A stretch of DNA of 64,000 nucleotides from Candidatus Margulisiibacteriota bacterium (GTDB taxonomy: Bacteria; Margulisbacteria; WOR-1; O2-12-FULL-45-9). The stretch spans positions 1-64,000 of the forward strand of contig JAYEOW010000007.1 of NCBI GenBank assembly GCA_034723395.1, read 5' to 3'. A program made the position numbers and the translations under genes. The notes beneath the pieces were generated by a model. That model was not told the DNA's origin and ran no database searches. It saw only the letters and a program-made list of their open reading frames with translations. Of this stretch, positions 50,928 through 61,479 are shown piece after piece; position 1 is the stretch's first letter, and each line of letters begins with the position of its first letter.

Positions 50928-52340
50928 ATGAAAAAATGTTTAGTAATGTTCCTGGCATTTGCCTTAAGCATGACAATGGTTATGTCTGCTTCCGCGCAGA
51001 TCAAATTTAAAGATGTGCCGTCCAATCACTGGGCTGCATCTGCCGTTTACGATCTGGTAAAATTGGGAGTTACCAAGGGCTACCCCGATGGGACTTTCCG
51101 CGGTAAGAACAAGATCACCAGATACGAAACAGCCGTCTTCCTTTCAAAATTAGCCAAAGCTATCGGGGCTTCTTCAAATGTCACTTCTGATATCGCGGCG
51201 TTGAAAAGAGATATCACCGCGTTGAAGCGGCGCCCGGCTGGCGGAGGCGCAGGGATCACCGGATCATACAATGCGAATTGGATGTTCGGCAATCTCCTGG
51301 CTGAAGCGGGAGGCGTTCGCGGAGCGATCGCCGATTATCGACTGAAAGTTTCCTCTTCCCATAACCTGGGAGAGGGATCTGACGTCACGATTAACCTGGA
51401 TACCATGGACTACGGTTACATGAACGATGGCGCGACCATCACCGGCGGGGTTCTGACTACCGAATTGCTGGATATCGAGTCAAATCTAAAACTCGACCTG
51501 GCAGCTTTAGGCCTGGCCAATCCAGTCGATCTCAAGTTGACCTATGGTCCTGGCAACAAGGTACACGCTGATCCAACGGGGAGCTTTCCGAGCGAGATCG
51601 GGGTAACCTATATGCGACCGGACACCGCTATTATGGCGGCTACTTCCCTTTGGGGAGCGGATGTTTCCGGCGGTTACATCGCCCTGGCACACAGTGCTTC
51701 CGGGAAAGTGGACACCAGTCAGGTAACCGGAACGGTTGGAATGGATTTCGCGGATGTTCCGCTGCTCAATTCTTTAAGAGTTGACGCAACCGGAGACTAT
51801 GTCTCTGACGGAATGCTCTCTTCCGACAACCGTGACCTGCGCGCGTCACTGGCGGTTGCCGCACCACTCGCCGACAAAGTTAAGGCTTCTGGAACTTTCG
51901 GCATGGGCGGGTCCGAACAGAAAAAGTGGATGGTTAAAGGTGAAGTTGCCTTAGACGATCTCTGGGAAACAGGGACCGTCGCCACTATTCGCGGTTCTAA
52001 GGTTGGTTCCGAATTCATTACTCCTGCTTTCGCAGGAGCTGAATGGGACTTTGCCGGGTTCGATTCTTTCGACCGGGCATTGGCCGCAGGAACTGTTAAC
52101 CTTGGTGGTGAATTGGTCCAAGACGTCTCTGATGATATCAAACTGGTCGGTAAAGGAGACCTTCGTCTGAACAGCGACTATAAATATGAAGCACCTAACG
52201 GCAGATTAACTGCTCAAGGGGGCATTTCATACTCTATAGCTCCTAATACCACCCTGGATGCGATGTATCGTATCTTCCAGGACAAGGTGACCAATGATAC
52301 TTCAGACGTTGCAGCTGTAGGACTTTTGTACGAGTTCTAA
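50928..52340 (+). CDS. SLH domain + beta-barrel outer membrane protein (OmpM/SomA-like)
   Basis: FKDVP..HWA, GYPDGTFRG, TRYE, coiled coil, terminal Phe. Confidence 0.85.
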   Translation: MKKCLVMFLAFALSMTMVMSASAQIKFKDVPSNHWAASAVYDLVKLGVTKGYPDGTFRGKNKITRYETAVFLSKLAKAIGASSNVTSDIAALKRDITALKRRPAGGGAGITGSYNANWMFGNLLAEAGGVRGAIADYRLKVSSSHNLGEGSDVTINLDTMDYGYMNDGATITGGVLTTELLDIESNLKLDLAALGLANPVDLKLTYGPGNKVHADPTGSFPSEIGVTYMRPDTAIMAATSLWGADVSGGYIALAHSASGKVDTSQVTGTVGMDFADVPLLNSLRVDATGDYVSDGMLSSDNRDLRASLAVAAPLADKVKASGTFGMGGSEQKKWMVKGEVALDDLWETGTVATIRGSKVGSEFITPAFAGAEWDFAGFDSFDRALAAGTVNLGGELVQDVSDDIKLVGKGDLRLNSDYKYEAPNGRLTAQGGISYSIAPNTTLDAMYRIFQDKVTNDTSDVAAVGLLYEF

Positions 52341-52361
52341 ACTAGCTGTTAGTTGTTTTTT

Positions 52362-52399
52362 AAGGAAGGCCCTTGTTTTTACAAGGGCCTTTTCCTTTT
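52362..52399 (+). terminator. Rho-independent terminator
   Basis: AAGGCCCTTGT-tttt-ACAAGGGCCTT followed by a T-rich tail. Confidence 0.8.
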
Positions 52400-52475
52400 C
52401 CTCACCCCCTCCCTCGCTGCGCTCGGGTTTCCCTCTCTCCATCGGAGATGGAGAGAGGGACGGAAGGGGGTGAGG
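52400..52475 (+). repeat. REP-like composite palindrome upstream of birA
   Basis: CCTCACCCCC...CTCTCTCCATC-gga-GATGGAGAGAG...GGGGGTGAGG. Confidence 0.8.
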
Positions 52476-52477
52476 AA

Positions 52478-53011
52478 ATGAAAAAGATAATTTACCATAA
52501 TGAGATAGACTCAACCAACGACGAAGCCAGGCGTCTGATTAAAAAGGGGGCTTCGGAAGGGATGGTCATCGTCGCAGGGACACAAGCCAAGGGGAGAGGT
52601 AAGCCGGGGAGCGGATGGTTTTCCCCGCCGGATGTTGGAATATATCTTTCCGTTATTCTAAAACCATTTAAGAACCCAAACGACCTGTCTTCGATCACGA
52701 TCATCGGAGCGAGGGCTGTTATAAAAGCGATAAAAAATGTTTCTGATCTTGCGGCCGAGATAAAACTGCCTAACGATGTGTTGATCAATGGTAAAAAGAT
52801 CGCCGGAATATTGACCGAACGGGATTCCTCGGGCAACCTAATTATCGGGATCGGTATCAATATTAATAATCCAACCGATTCTTTTCCGGACGATATTGCG
52901 GCTACCTCACTTAAAATAGAAACCAAGAAAGAATATGGCATTAAGGGGTTTATAGATTCATTATTGGCCGAACTTGATCGGGAATATCTTGCTTATTTAG
53001 GCAAAATTTGA
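52478..53011 (+). CDS. birA: Biotin-protein ligase (catalytic domain only)
   Basis: DSTN, Q.KGRG, KLPND, KKIAGIL, GIGIN. Confidence 0.92.
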   Translation: MKKIIYHNEIDSTNDEARRLIKKGASEGMVIVAGTQAKGRGKPGSGWFSPPDVGIYLSVILKPFKNPNDLSSITIIGARAVIKAIKNVSDLAAEIKLPNDVLINGKKIAGILTERDSSGNLIIGIGININNPTDSFPDDIAATSLKIETKKEYGIKGFIDSLLAELDREYLAYLGKI

Positions 53012-53024
53012 TACCATCTTGAAC

Positions 53025-53375
53025 ATGCAAGTCCGGGGAATACGCGGGGCGATTACCGTAAAAAACAACGATAAAAAGGATATTCTCGCCGCGACAAAAG
53101 AGCTGCTGGCTGAGATCATCAAGGGCAATCAGGTAAAAGTTGAGGATATCGCGTCGGTAATTTTTTCCGCGACCAAAGATCTCGACGCGGAGTTTCCGGC
53201 GTTGGCGGCCAGAGAGATGGGCTGGAGTGAGACCCCGCTGCTTTGTACCAAGGAGATCGATGTCCCGGGAAGCCTGGAAAAGTGTATACGGGTATTAATC
53301 CTGGTAAATTTGGATAAGACCCAAAAAGAGATCAGGAATATCTATTTAAAAGATGCGGTAAATCTTCGGAGGTAA
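53025..53375 (+). CDS. aroH: Chorismate mutase, AroH class
   Basis: VRGIRGAIT, FPALAAR, EIDVPGSL..CIR. Confidence 0.95.
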   Translation: MQVRGIRGAITVKNNDKKDILAATKELLAEIIKGNQVKVEDIASVIFSATKDLDAEFPALAAREMGWSETPLLCTKEIDVPGSLEKCIRVLILVNLDKTQKEIRNIYLKDAVNLRR

Positions 53376-53380
53376 ATTAA

Positions 53381-54400
53381 ATGATCATTATTATGGGCCC
53401 GGATTCGACCGATGAACAGATCAACCATGTGGTTGAGAAATTAAAACAGCACGGTTTCGGGATCCATCTTTCTAAGGGTGTGGAACGCACCGTTATCGGC
53501 GCGATCGGGGACAAGACCGCGATCGAACTGGAATCGATCCAGATGCTCCCCGGAGTCTCGGAGATCGTCCCGATCAGGAAGCCGTACAAGCTGGTCAGCC
53601 GTGAATTTAAACACAGTGATAGTATCGTAAAGGTATCAAAGTCGCTTTCGATCGGCGCAAGTAAAAAGATCGCGGTCATTGCCGGCCCTTGTTCTGTAGA
53701 GAGTAAGGAGGGGCTGCTGGAGATCGCCAAAGAGGTGAAAAAGGGCGGGGCGAGCGCGCTGCGCGGAGGGGCCTTTAAACCAAGGACATCTCCCTACAGC
53801 TTCCAGGGATTAGGCAAGAAGGGATTGGAGATATTAAAACTGGCGAGGGAAAAGACCGGCCTTCCTGTCGTGACCGAAGCACTTGATCCGCGCGATGTCC
53901 CGCTGGTCGAAAAATATACGGATGTGATCCAGATAGGCGCGCGTAATATGCAAAATTTTACCCTATTAAAAGAGGTCGGTAAAACAAAAAAACCGGTCCT
54001 TTTAAAACGGGGTCCGGCGGCCAAGGTGGAAGATCTTCTGATGTCGGCGGAATACGTAATGTCCGAAGGGAACCATGATGTTATCCTTTGCGAAAGAGGG
54101 ATTACGACCTTTGAGACCTATACCCGCAACACGCTGGACCTTTCTGTTGTTCCGGCGATAAAAAAACTTAGCCATTTGCCGGTAGTAGTTGACCCGAGCC
54201 ATGGGACCGGTAAATGGGATATGGTGGCGGCGATGTCAAAAGCTGCGGTGGCTGCCGGAGCGGACGGGCTAATAATCGAGGTCCATACTCATCCGGATGA
54301 AGCGCTTTCGGACGGGCCGCAATCGTTGAAGCCGGACACCTTCGAGGAACTGGTCAAGGAGCTAAAGGTTATCGCCCAGGCGGTGGGAAGAAAACTTTAG
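53381..54400 (+). CDS. aroF: DAHP synthase type I-beta with N-terminal regulatory domain
   Basis: [34 protein letters not shown]. Confidence 0.96.
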   Translation: MIIIMGPDSTDEQINHVVEKLKQHGFGIHLSKGVERTVIGAIGDKTAIELESIQMLPGVSEIVPIRKPYKLVSREFKHSDSIVKVSKSLSIGASKKIAVIAGPCSVESKEGLLEIAKEVKKGGASALRGGAFKPRTSPYSFQGLGKKGLEILKLAREKTGLPVVTEALDPRDVPLVEKYTDVIQIGARNMQNFTLLKEVGKTKKPVLLKRGPAAKVEDLLMSAEYVMSEGNHDVILCERGITTFETYTRNTLDLSVVPAIKKLSHLPVVVDPSHGTGKWDMVAAMSKAAVAAGADGLIIEVHTHPDEALSDGPQSLKPDTFEELVKELKVIAQAVGRKL

Positions 54401-55463
54401 TAATCTCTTCCTTAAGTTCTGTCAACCCTTGTTGCTTCAGGGCGGAGATTAATAACGCCGGAGCGTATTTATCGATTAATTTTCCCGATGCTTTTTTGCC
54501 AACCAGGTCGATCTTGTTAAAAACGGTGATTACCGGCTTGGCCGCGCATTTCAATTCTTCAAGCACCCGGTAAACCGATCCGATCTGGTCTTCAAAATAA
54601 GGGTTTGAGAAATCAACTACATGGATAAGCAGGTCTGCTTCGCTCACCTCTTCTAAAGTTGCTTTAAAAGCGGCGATCAACTGGTGGGGAAGGTTGTTTA
54701 TAAACCCGACCGTATCGGTAAAAAGGATAGTTTTTCCCGGCGACAGGTTAAATCTCCTGGTAGTCGTATCAACTGTGGCAAATAATTTGTCTTCCACCAG
54801 GACCCCCGCGTCAGTTAATGTGTTTAGAAGGGTCGATTTTCCCGAGTTAGTATAGCCGACCAGGGAGATAAGAGGTAGATTGCTCTTTTTACGCTTTTCC
54901 CGGCGCAGCGACCTTTCCCTCCTTAATTTTTCGATCTCTTTTTTCAGGTCGGCGATCTTTTTTCGGATGCGGCGGCGGTCATGTTCCAGTTTTGTTTCCC
55001 CCGGGCCCCGCGTCCCGATCCCCCCGCCGGGCCGTGACATATCTACGCCATAGCCGGTCAGCCTGGTCAAGCGAAAAGTTGACTGGGCAAGCTCTACCTG
55101 GAGGTTCCCTTCCCTGCTTTTCGCGTGCTGGGCGAATATGTCGAGGATCAATTCGGTATAATCGACTACTTTTACTCCCAGGGCGGTTTCGAGGTTCCGA
55201 CACTGCGAAGGGGAGAGGGATACGTTAAAAATAGCTAGATCCGCCTCTTTTGCCGCGATCATGGACCTGATTTCTTCAATTTTTCCTGAACCGATAAAAT
55301 ACCTTGGATCGGGCCGGTCTTTTTTCTGCGAGACCTTGCCAGCTGTTATCGCCCCCGCGGTGTCGGCCAGCCTTTCGAGCTCGATAAAAGTCTCTTTCAA
55401 CGGCTCATTTTTCTGATAGCCGGTTTTTACTCCGATTAAAACAGCTTTTTCCGGATTATACAT
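54369..55463 (-). CDS. hflX: GTPase HflX
   Basis: GIGTRGPGE, GYTNSGKST, DTVGFI, NKID. Confidence 0.97.
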   Translation of the reverse strand: MYNPEKAVLIGVKTGYQKNEPLKETFIELERLADTAGAITAGKVSQKKDRPDPRYFIGSGKIEEIRSMIAAKEADLAIFNVSLSPSQCRNLETALGVKVVDYTELILDIFAQHAKSREGNLQVELAQSTFRLTRLTGYGVDMSRPGGGIGTRGPGETKLEHDRRRIRKKIADLKKEIEKLRRERSLRREKRKKSNLPLISLVGYTNSGKSTLLNTLTDAGVLVEDKLFATVDTTTRRFNLSPGKTILFTDTVGFINNLPHQLIAAFKATLEEVSEADLLIHVVDFSNPYFEDQIGSVYRVLEELKCAAKPVITVFNKIDLVGKKASGKLIDKYAPALLISALKQQGLTELKEEITKVFFPPPGR

Positions 55464-55518
55464 GTAAAAATTCCCTTACAAAAGTATAGCACATATGCTA
55501 TAATCACACGGGTTTATA

Positions 55519-56463
55519 ATGGGTAATAAGAAGATTTTGGTTGCGGACAATAATATCCAATCATTGCAGACGCCACTGAAAAAGCTGCGTGAGAATAATT
55601 ATGATATCGTCACCGCCTATGATGGCATTCAAGTAGTAAAGCTCTCCCATGCCCACAGCCCCAGCCTGGTCATATTAAGTGTTAACATGCCCGGGGGGGG
55701 GTTAGCTATCTTTGAGAACCTGAAATTTTCTGTAGAGACCTCGGTCATCCCGGTTATCCTCTTAACTGAGAAAATCGATACCGACGCAAGGCAGGAATTG
55801 ATCGAAAAAGGGGCGCGCGAAGTTATTGTTAAACCGATCGAATCGAATGAATTGTTGAGCGTAGTGAATAAGATTATCGGATCGGACAAAAAGGCCAAGC
55901 CCTCATCCCCGGTTGCTAAAGAGGGGTTCCCGACGGAAACTCCAGTAAAAGCCCCGCTGGAAACAGCCATTCCCGCTAAAGGGATAGAAGAGACCGAGAT
56001 GTATAAAGAAGACATAAAGACATTGTATGAGGAGATAAAATCCAAGGAATCGGCCAAACCCGCGGAATCCGCAAAAAAAATCAAGCGGGACCAAAAGATG
56101 GTATTGGTAGTTGATGATGAGCCGGATGTGAATTCGCTCTTGGCCCTTTTATTAAAATCCCAAGGTTATCAGGTGATCTCCGCAGTTGACGGACAGCAGG
56201 GATTGGAGATGGCCAGGAAAGAAAATCCCGACCTGATCCTGCTGGATATTATGCTCCCCAAATTGGATGGTTATAAAATCGCGAGAATGCTGAAATTCGA
56301 TGAGCAGTTTAGGCATATCCCGATCATAATGCTTACCGCAAAGATCCAGGATAAAGATCGGGATACCGGGTTGGAGATGGGGGCGAATGAATATATAACC
56401 AAGCCTTTTGATACAAAAATTGTGTTGGCCAAGATTAAAGAGATGTTGGCGAAAGAAGAATAA
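55519..56463 (+). CDS. Response regulator with two receiver domains and no output domain
   Basis: Degenerate REC1 (ADNN, ILSVNMP), linker, canonical REC2 (VVDDE, LLDIMLP, KPF). Confidence 0.88.
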   Translation: MGNKKILVADNNIQSLQTPLKKLRENNYDIVTAYDGIQVVKLSHAHSPSLVILSVNMPGGGLAIFENLKFSVETSVIPVILLTEKIDTDARQELIEKGAREVIVKPIESNELLSVVNKIIGSDKKAKPSSPVAKEGFPTETPVKAPLETAIPAKGIEETEMYKEDIKTLYEEIKSKESAKPAESAKKIKRDQKMVLVVDDEPDVNSLLALLLKSQGYQVISAVDGQQGLEMARKENPDLILLDIMLPKLDGYKIARMLKFDEQFRHIPIIMLTAKIQDKDRDTGLEMGANEYITKPFDTKIVLAKIKEMLAKEE

Positions 56464-56479
56464 AACCGGGGGTGAAGCG

Positions 56480-58153
56480 TTGGTTGATAGAAGCAGATCA
56501 TTGCGCGAAAGTTTAGTAAAGTCCCAAATCTTAACTGAAGAACAGATCAAAATAGCGATTGAGAAGGGGCGGAAGACCGGAGATACATTGATTAAGAGCA
56601 TCCTGAGCAACCGGTTGGTCGATGAAAATACATTAATATCCTTCCTCGAAAGGGAGATGGATATCCCCCGGGTTGACCTTTCCAGTTATATTATCGATCA
56701 AAAGGCGTTAGCTCTTGTCCCATACGCAGTAGCGAGAAAATACAGGTGCCTTCCTCTTTTTAAGGTTGGGGACATCTTGACTGTTGCCATGGTTGATCCG
56801 TTCGACGTCATGGCCTTAGACGAAGTCCGGGCCAAAACCAAGTGTGAAGTGGAGCCGATGGTTGCTACCGCCGAGGAGATAGATTCGGCGATCAACCAAT
56901 ATTACGGAGTTTCCGGATCGGTTGCGGACCTGGTCAAGGGTTTAGAGCCGGAAGAAAAAGATGTTCAGGGGGGGATGATAGCCGGGTTAGCGGAGGAAAG
57001 CCCTGTTGCGAAACTTGTCACCCTGTTGATCTTGCGGGCGGTTGGAGAAAAGGCGTCCGATGTCCACATTGAACCGACCTCCAAGGATGTGCGTATCCGC
57101 TATCGTGTAGATGGTATTATGCATGATGTTTCAAGCGCCCCGGGATATTTGAACTCGTCAATCGTAACCCGGATCAAGGTCATGGCAAAGATGGATATTG
57201 CCGAATCGCGAGTACCGCAAGATGGAAGGTTCGAGCTAAAGAGCGAGGGGAGAGCGGTCGATGTCCGCGTCTCTTCATTCCCCACTATCCATGGCGAATG
57301 CCTGGTTTTAAGGTTATTGGATAAGAAAAGTATTTTATTAAGCCTGACCGATCTGGGATTTTCAAAAGAAAATTTAATAAAGTTTGAGGAGCTGGTCAAG
57401 AAACCGTATGGGATTATTCTGGTCACCGGGCCGACCGGATCAGGGAAGACCACTACGCTTTACGCGACGTTAAATCATATTGTTACTCCGGAAAAAAATA
57501 TTATGACCATTGAAGATCCGGTCGAATACGAGCTTGCCGGTATCCGCCAGACCCCGATCAATCCTAAGGCCGGCCTCGATTTTGCAAATTCACTCAGGTC
57601 GATCGTCCGCCAGGACCCGGATGTAATCCTGGTTGGTGAGGTTCGCGACCTCGAAACAGCAAAGGTTGCTATCCAATCTGCGCTGACCGGCCATCTGGTT
57701 TTTTCTACCCTGCATACCAATGACGCGGCGGGGACCCTTACCCGCCTGATCGAAATGGGGATCGAACCTTTCTTATGCGCTTCATCGGTTGATGCCGCTG
57801 TCGCGCAAAGATTAGTGAGAAATATCTGCACAAAATGCAAAGAGGAATATTTTCCTCCGAAGGAGCTTATTGCCAAGGTCGGATTAGATCCTGATAAGGA
57901 TATAAAATTTTACCGCGGGAAAGGGTGTAAGAGTTGCCGGGGGACGGGCTATGCGGGGCGAACCGGTATCTATGAATTCTTATTGATGGATGACGCGATC
58001 CGCGATCTGGTTTTAAAACGGGCTTCATCGGTAGATATAAAAGAGGCTGCCATGAAAGCGGGGATGAGGACATTGCGGGACGATGGCCTGCTTAAGGTAT
58101 TAGACGGTATAACGACCATTGAAGAAGTAATAAGGGTGACACAACTTGAATAA
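56480..58153 (+). CDS. PilB/GspE-family assembly ATPase
   Basis: ASDVHIEP, PQDGR, GPTGSGKTTT, RQDPD..LVGEVRD, CxxC motifs. Confidence 0.96.
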   Translation: MVDRSRSLRESLVKSQILTEEQIKIAIEKGRKTGDTLIKSILSNRLVDENTLISFLEREMDIPRVDLSSYIIDQKALALVPYAVARKYRCLPLFKVGDILTVAMVDPFDVMALDEVRAKTKCEVEPMVATAEEIDSAINQYYGVSGSVADLVKGLEPEEKDVQGGMIAGLAEESPVAKLVTLLILRAVGEKASDVHIEPTSKDVRIRYRVDGIMHDVSSAPGYLNSSIVTRIKVMAKMDIAESRVPQDGRFELKSEGRAVDVRVSSFPTIHGECLVLRLLDKKSILLSLTDLGFSKENLIKFEELVKKPYGIILVTGPTGSGKTTTLYATLNHIVTPEKNIMTIEDPVEYELAGIRQTPINPKAGLDFANSLRSIVRQDPDVILVGEVRDLETAKVAIQSALTGHLVFSTLHTNDAAGTLTRLIEMGIEPFLCASSVDAAVAQRLVRNICTKCKEEYFPPKELIAKVGLDPDKDIKFYRGKGCKSCRGTGYAGRTGIYEFLLMDDAIRDLVLKRASSVDIKEAAMKAGMRTLRDDGLLKVLDGITTIEEVIRVTQLE

Positions 58154-59372
58154 TTACAACTATAAAGCGCGCGATAGATACGGGGTCTTGACTACCGGGA
58201 TAATTGATGCGGAAAACTCCAAAGAGGTCGCGCTTCAGTTGGAGAGGAGGCATTATACCCCGGTTTCAATCGAGGCGGTGGAAGAAGAGGGGGTTGCGGG
58301 AAAACTGAGCGTTTTTTTTAACTCTTTCCAAAAGGTAAGCCCGGACGAATTGGTGGTCTTTACCCGCCAGCTCGCCTCAATTTTAGAAGCAGGCGTCCCT
58401 TTAACCGATGGCTTGGATGCCCTGCAGGAACAGCTGAAAAACAAGGGGTTCCAGAAGGTTGTTCTGCAGGTTAAAAGGGAAATCGAGGGAGGAGCCTCTT
58501 TTTCGGACGCGCTGGAAAAACATGAGAAGATATTCTCTAAACTGGTCATTAATATGGTCAGGGCGGGGGAACGGGCAGGGATATTGGACGAAGTTTTGGA
58601 AACTGTTTCGACCTTGCTTGATAAAGAAATCGAAACGGCTGGCCGCGTAAAAAGCGCCACCCGCTATCCCCTGATTGTTTCTATCACTATGATTATCGCC
58701 TTTATGGTGTTGACCACTTTTATTATCCCAAAGTTTGCCAAATTCTTTGCCGCTTTCAAGACGGAGCTCCCTTTGCCTACCCGAATATTAATTTGGTTCA
58801 ATAACGTCCTGGTTAATTATTGGTTCATCATTTTGGGAGTATTTTTTTTGGCGATTTATGTAATTAAAAGAGTCCTTGATACCGATAAGGGGAGATATGC
58901 CTGGGACCGGTTGATGCTTTCGACCCCAATTTTCGGGCCGCTCTTTTCAAAGATATACCTTTCCCGTTTTTCGCGGATGCTGGCGGCGATGATCCGCAGC
59001 GGGATCCCTATTTTACAGGCCTTGGAAATTACCTCGGCAACCGTGGAAAACAAGGTGATTTCTAAAGTTATATTGGATGTGCGCGATAAGGTTTCTCAAG
59101 GCAAAAGCCTGGCAGAACCGATGAAGGGGAGCAAGATTTTTCCGCCAATTGCGATCTCCATGGTGGCAATTGGTGAGCGGGCGGGAAGCTTGGAAAAAAT
59201 GTTAAATAAGGTCTCTGATTATTTTGACCGGGAGTCGGACTATACGGTTAAGAACCTTACTCCGCTTTTAGAGCCGATATTAATTTTTGGTTTAGGGATG
59301 ATGATGCTGGTCTTTGCGCTTGGTATCTTTCTGCCGATGTGGGATTTGGTAAAAGTATATCGTAATTATTAA
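58146..59372 (+). CDS. PilC/GspF inner membrane platform protein
   Basis: FTRQL...AGVP, AGE.AG.L, YP, LEP. Confidence 0.95.
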   Translation: MNNYNYKARDRYGVLTTGIIDAENSKEVALQLERRHYTPVSIEAVEEEGVAGKLSVFFNSFQKVSPDELVVFTRQLASILEAGVPLTDGLDALQEQLKNKGFQKVVLQVKREIEGGASFSDALEKHEKIFSKLVINMVRAGERAGILDEVLETVSTLLDKEIETAGRVKSATRYPLIVSITMIIAFMVLTTFIIPKFAKFFAAFKTELPLPTRILIWFNNVLVNYWFIILGVFFLAIYVIKRVLDTDKGRYAWDRLMLSTPIFGPLFSKIYLSRFSRMLAAMIRSGIPILQALEITSATVENKVISKVILDVRDKVSQGKSLAEPMKGSKIFPPIAISMVAIGERAGSLEKMLNKVSDYFDRESDYTVKNLTPLLEPILIFGLGMMMLVFALGIFLPMWDLVKVYRNY

Positions 59373-59450
59373 TCAATATAAGGTAATTTCGGGCTTGACA
59401 CTAAAAAGGTGTATGATAGAATCTAGCCAAAGAGGAGGTGGAGAACAAAT

Positions 59451-59825
59451 ATGCGACGAGGTTTTACATTAATCGAATTGATCATGGTTATCGTTATCTT
59501 GGGGATTCTAGCAGCTACCGCATTGCCTAGGTTTATCGACCTTTCGACCCAAGCGACAGAGAGCGCCGCGCGCGGGACTTTGGGAGCAATGAGAGCCGCA
59601 GTAGCGATCCAGTACGCCAGTAACGCGGCGTCGGGAAGCCCGGGCATGCCGGCGTCAATTGAGGTTTCCATGTTCCATGATAGTCAGATACCGGAAGAGC
59701 CATTTTCGGACAGCAGTGCTGTTACGCTTAATAACAGTGCGCCAAGTACTGACGGTGTTGGTTGGAGATATGACAGTGTTAATGGACGCGTCTGGATAAA
59801 CGACAGCGATTATTCAGACTACTAA
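59451..59825 (+). CDS. Type IV pilin
   Basis: Class III signal G/FTLIELIMVIVILGILAA.ALP. Confidence 0.92.
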   Translation: MRRGFTLIELIMVIVILGILAATALPRFIDLSTQATESAARGTLGAMRAAVAIQYASNAASGSPGMPASIEVSMFHDSQIPEEPFSDSSAVTLNNSAPSTDGVGWRYDSVNGRVWINDSDYSDY

Positions 59826-59841
59826 TTAGTAGTTTCAATAG

Positions 59842-59879
59842 GGCAAAGGCTCCGATATTCCGGGGCCTTTGCTTTTTTC
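59842..59879 (+). terminator. Rho-independent terminator after the pilin gene
   Basis: GCAAAGGCTCCG..CGGGGCCTTTGC followed by a T run. Confidence 0.75.
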
Positions 59880-59880
59880 T

Positions 59881-60693
59881 ATGCATATTATTAAAGCATT
59901 TATACTTTTTTTGCTAATTGTCAATATTTTTGGTTGCAGCCGGGAGCCGCAGCAACCCAAACTATTGAAATCGATGGCTGAGCTTGACCAAATATATGTT
60001 CCCGCTTTGATATTTACCGATCTAAAGCGGCAGCGGGCCTCAGAAATATCATTGGACAAGCTTCGTTTTGAATGGAATAAATTTCACAACCATTTTTATA
60101 ATTTAAAGTTTGAATATGGGGTGGATATTGTCGATAAGTTCTGGAAGGAAGATTTTGATCGGATCGAAGATCTGATTTCATCGGCGGAAGCCCTGGTCAT
60201 GGATAATAAGCTGGAGGAGGCCTTTCAGAAATTAGAAGAGATTAGATCGATCTTTAAGGAGCTGCGGCACCGTAATGGTTTGCCCTATTTCTTGGATGGG
60301 ATGACCGATTTTCACCAAACGATGGATGAGATCCTTGCTTATTTAAGAGGGAAGGGCGAGCTAAAAGATAAAGATTTAAAAAAAATGGGTAAATTATCTG
60401 TCGAAGCGGCATTAAAGTGGCAAAAAGTATCCCAGGCAAAGATTGATGGCCAGGTCTACGGTTTTGATGATGCGAAGATCAAAGCTATCAGGCAGAGGAT
60501 CAGTTTTGAGGCGGAAAGCGTGGAGGCTTTTAAGGCGGCAGTTGAATCGGGAGATGAAAATGCTATTTTCCAGTCGGCCCAGGATATAAAACCAAACTAT
60601 ATTGTCCTATATAAGGCGTTTGGCGATTTTAAACCGATCTTTGATGAAGTAAAAAAGGAAAAATCTTCTAGTCTGCCGGAAAATAGTATATAA
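59881..60693 (+). CDS. Hypothetical helical lipoprotein
   Basis: Signal peptide with lipobox-like IFGC. Confidence 0.65.
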   Translation: MHIIKAFILFLLIVNIFGCSREPQQPKLLKSMAELDQIYVPALIFTDLKRQRASEISLDKLRFEWNKFHNHFYNLKFEYGVDIVDKFWKEDFDRIEDLISSAEALVMDNKLEEAFQKLEEIRSIFKELRHRNGLPYFLDGMTDFHQTMDEILAYLRGKGELKDKDLKKMGKLSVEAALKWQKVSQAKIDGQVYGFDDAKIKAIRQRISFEAESVEAFKAAVESGDENAIFQSAQDIKPNYIVLYKAFGDFKPIFDEVKKEKSSSLPENSI

Positions 60694-60702
60694 TCATTGA
60701 TA

Positions 60703-61434
60703 ATGATCGACAGAATAACCGACTGGGTAAAGCAACAAGTTGAAGGGGCTGGCGCAAAGGGATGTGTATTCGGCCTTTCCGGCGGTTTGGATTCTTCAGT
60801 TGTTGGAGCTTTATGTAAGAAGGCTTTTCCGGAGAGTTCCTTGGGACTGCTTTTGCCGTGCTTTAGCCGCGGAGAAGACCTTAAACATGCCCGTAAGGTC
60901 GCGGAGGCATTTTTCATTAAAACAAAGCTTATCGATCTGGGGCCCGCTTTTGACCAGTTTTATATCCAATTAGAAGGTAAGGTGTACGATAAAAAGGATA
61001 TGAATTTAGCGATCGCGAACTTAAAACCGCGATTAAGAATGATCTCGCTTTACTACCAGGCGAACAAGTTTAATTATTTGGTAGTGGGGACCGGGAACCG
61101 GTCGGAGGCGGCTATGGGATATTGTACAAAATATGGGGATGCCGGAGTGGACCTGCTGCCGCTGGCGCATTTACTGAAAAGCCAGGTAAGGGAGTTGGCC
61201 AGGGAGCTTAACGTTCCGGCCGGGATCATCAAAAAACCGCCATCCGCGGGGCTTTGGAGCGGCCAGACCGATGAAGATGAGATGGGGATAACATATAACG
61301 ATCTTGATAAGATCATAATCGGCTTGGAGAATAATGAACTAAAGGGATTAGATCCGAGACTGGTAGAAAAGGTTAAAAAAACTATGGCCGCCAGCCGGCA
61401 TAAGCGCTGTGTTCCACCCGCTTTTAAGCCCTAG
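60703..61434 (+). CDS. nadE: NH3-dependent NAD+ synthetase
   Basis: GLSGGLDS, N.KPRLRM, GY.TKYGD, PPSAGLW.GQTDE. Confidence 0.96.
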   Translation: MIDRITDWVKQQVEGAGAKGCVFGLSGGLDSSVVGALCKKAFPESSLGLLLPCFSRGEDLKHARKVAEAFFIKTKLIDLGPAFDQFYIQLEGKVYDKKDMNLAIANLKPRLRMISLYYQANKFNYLVVGTGNRSEAAMGYCTKYGDAGVDLLPLAHLLKSQVRELARELNVPAGIIKKPPSAGLWSGQTDEDEMGITYNDLDKIIIGLENNELKGLDPRLVEKVKKTMAASRHKRCVPPAFKP

Positions 61435-61479
61435 ACATTCAATTTGTCTTTTTCCCTCTAATATGCTATATTTGCAGGC

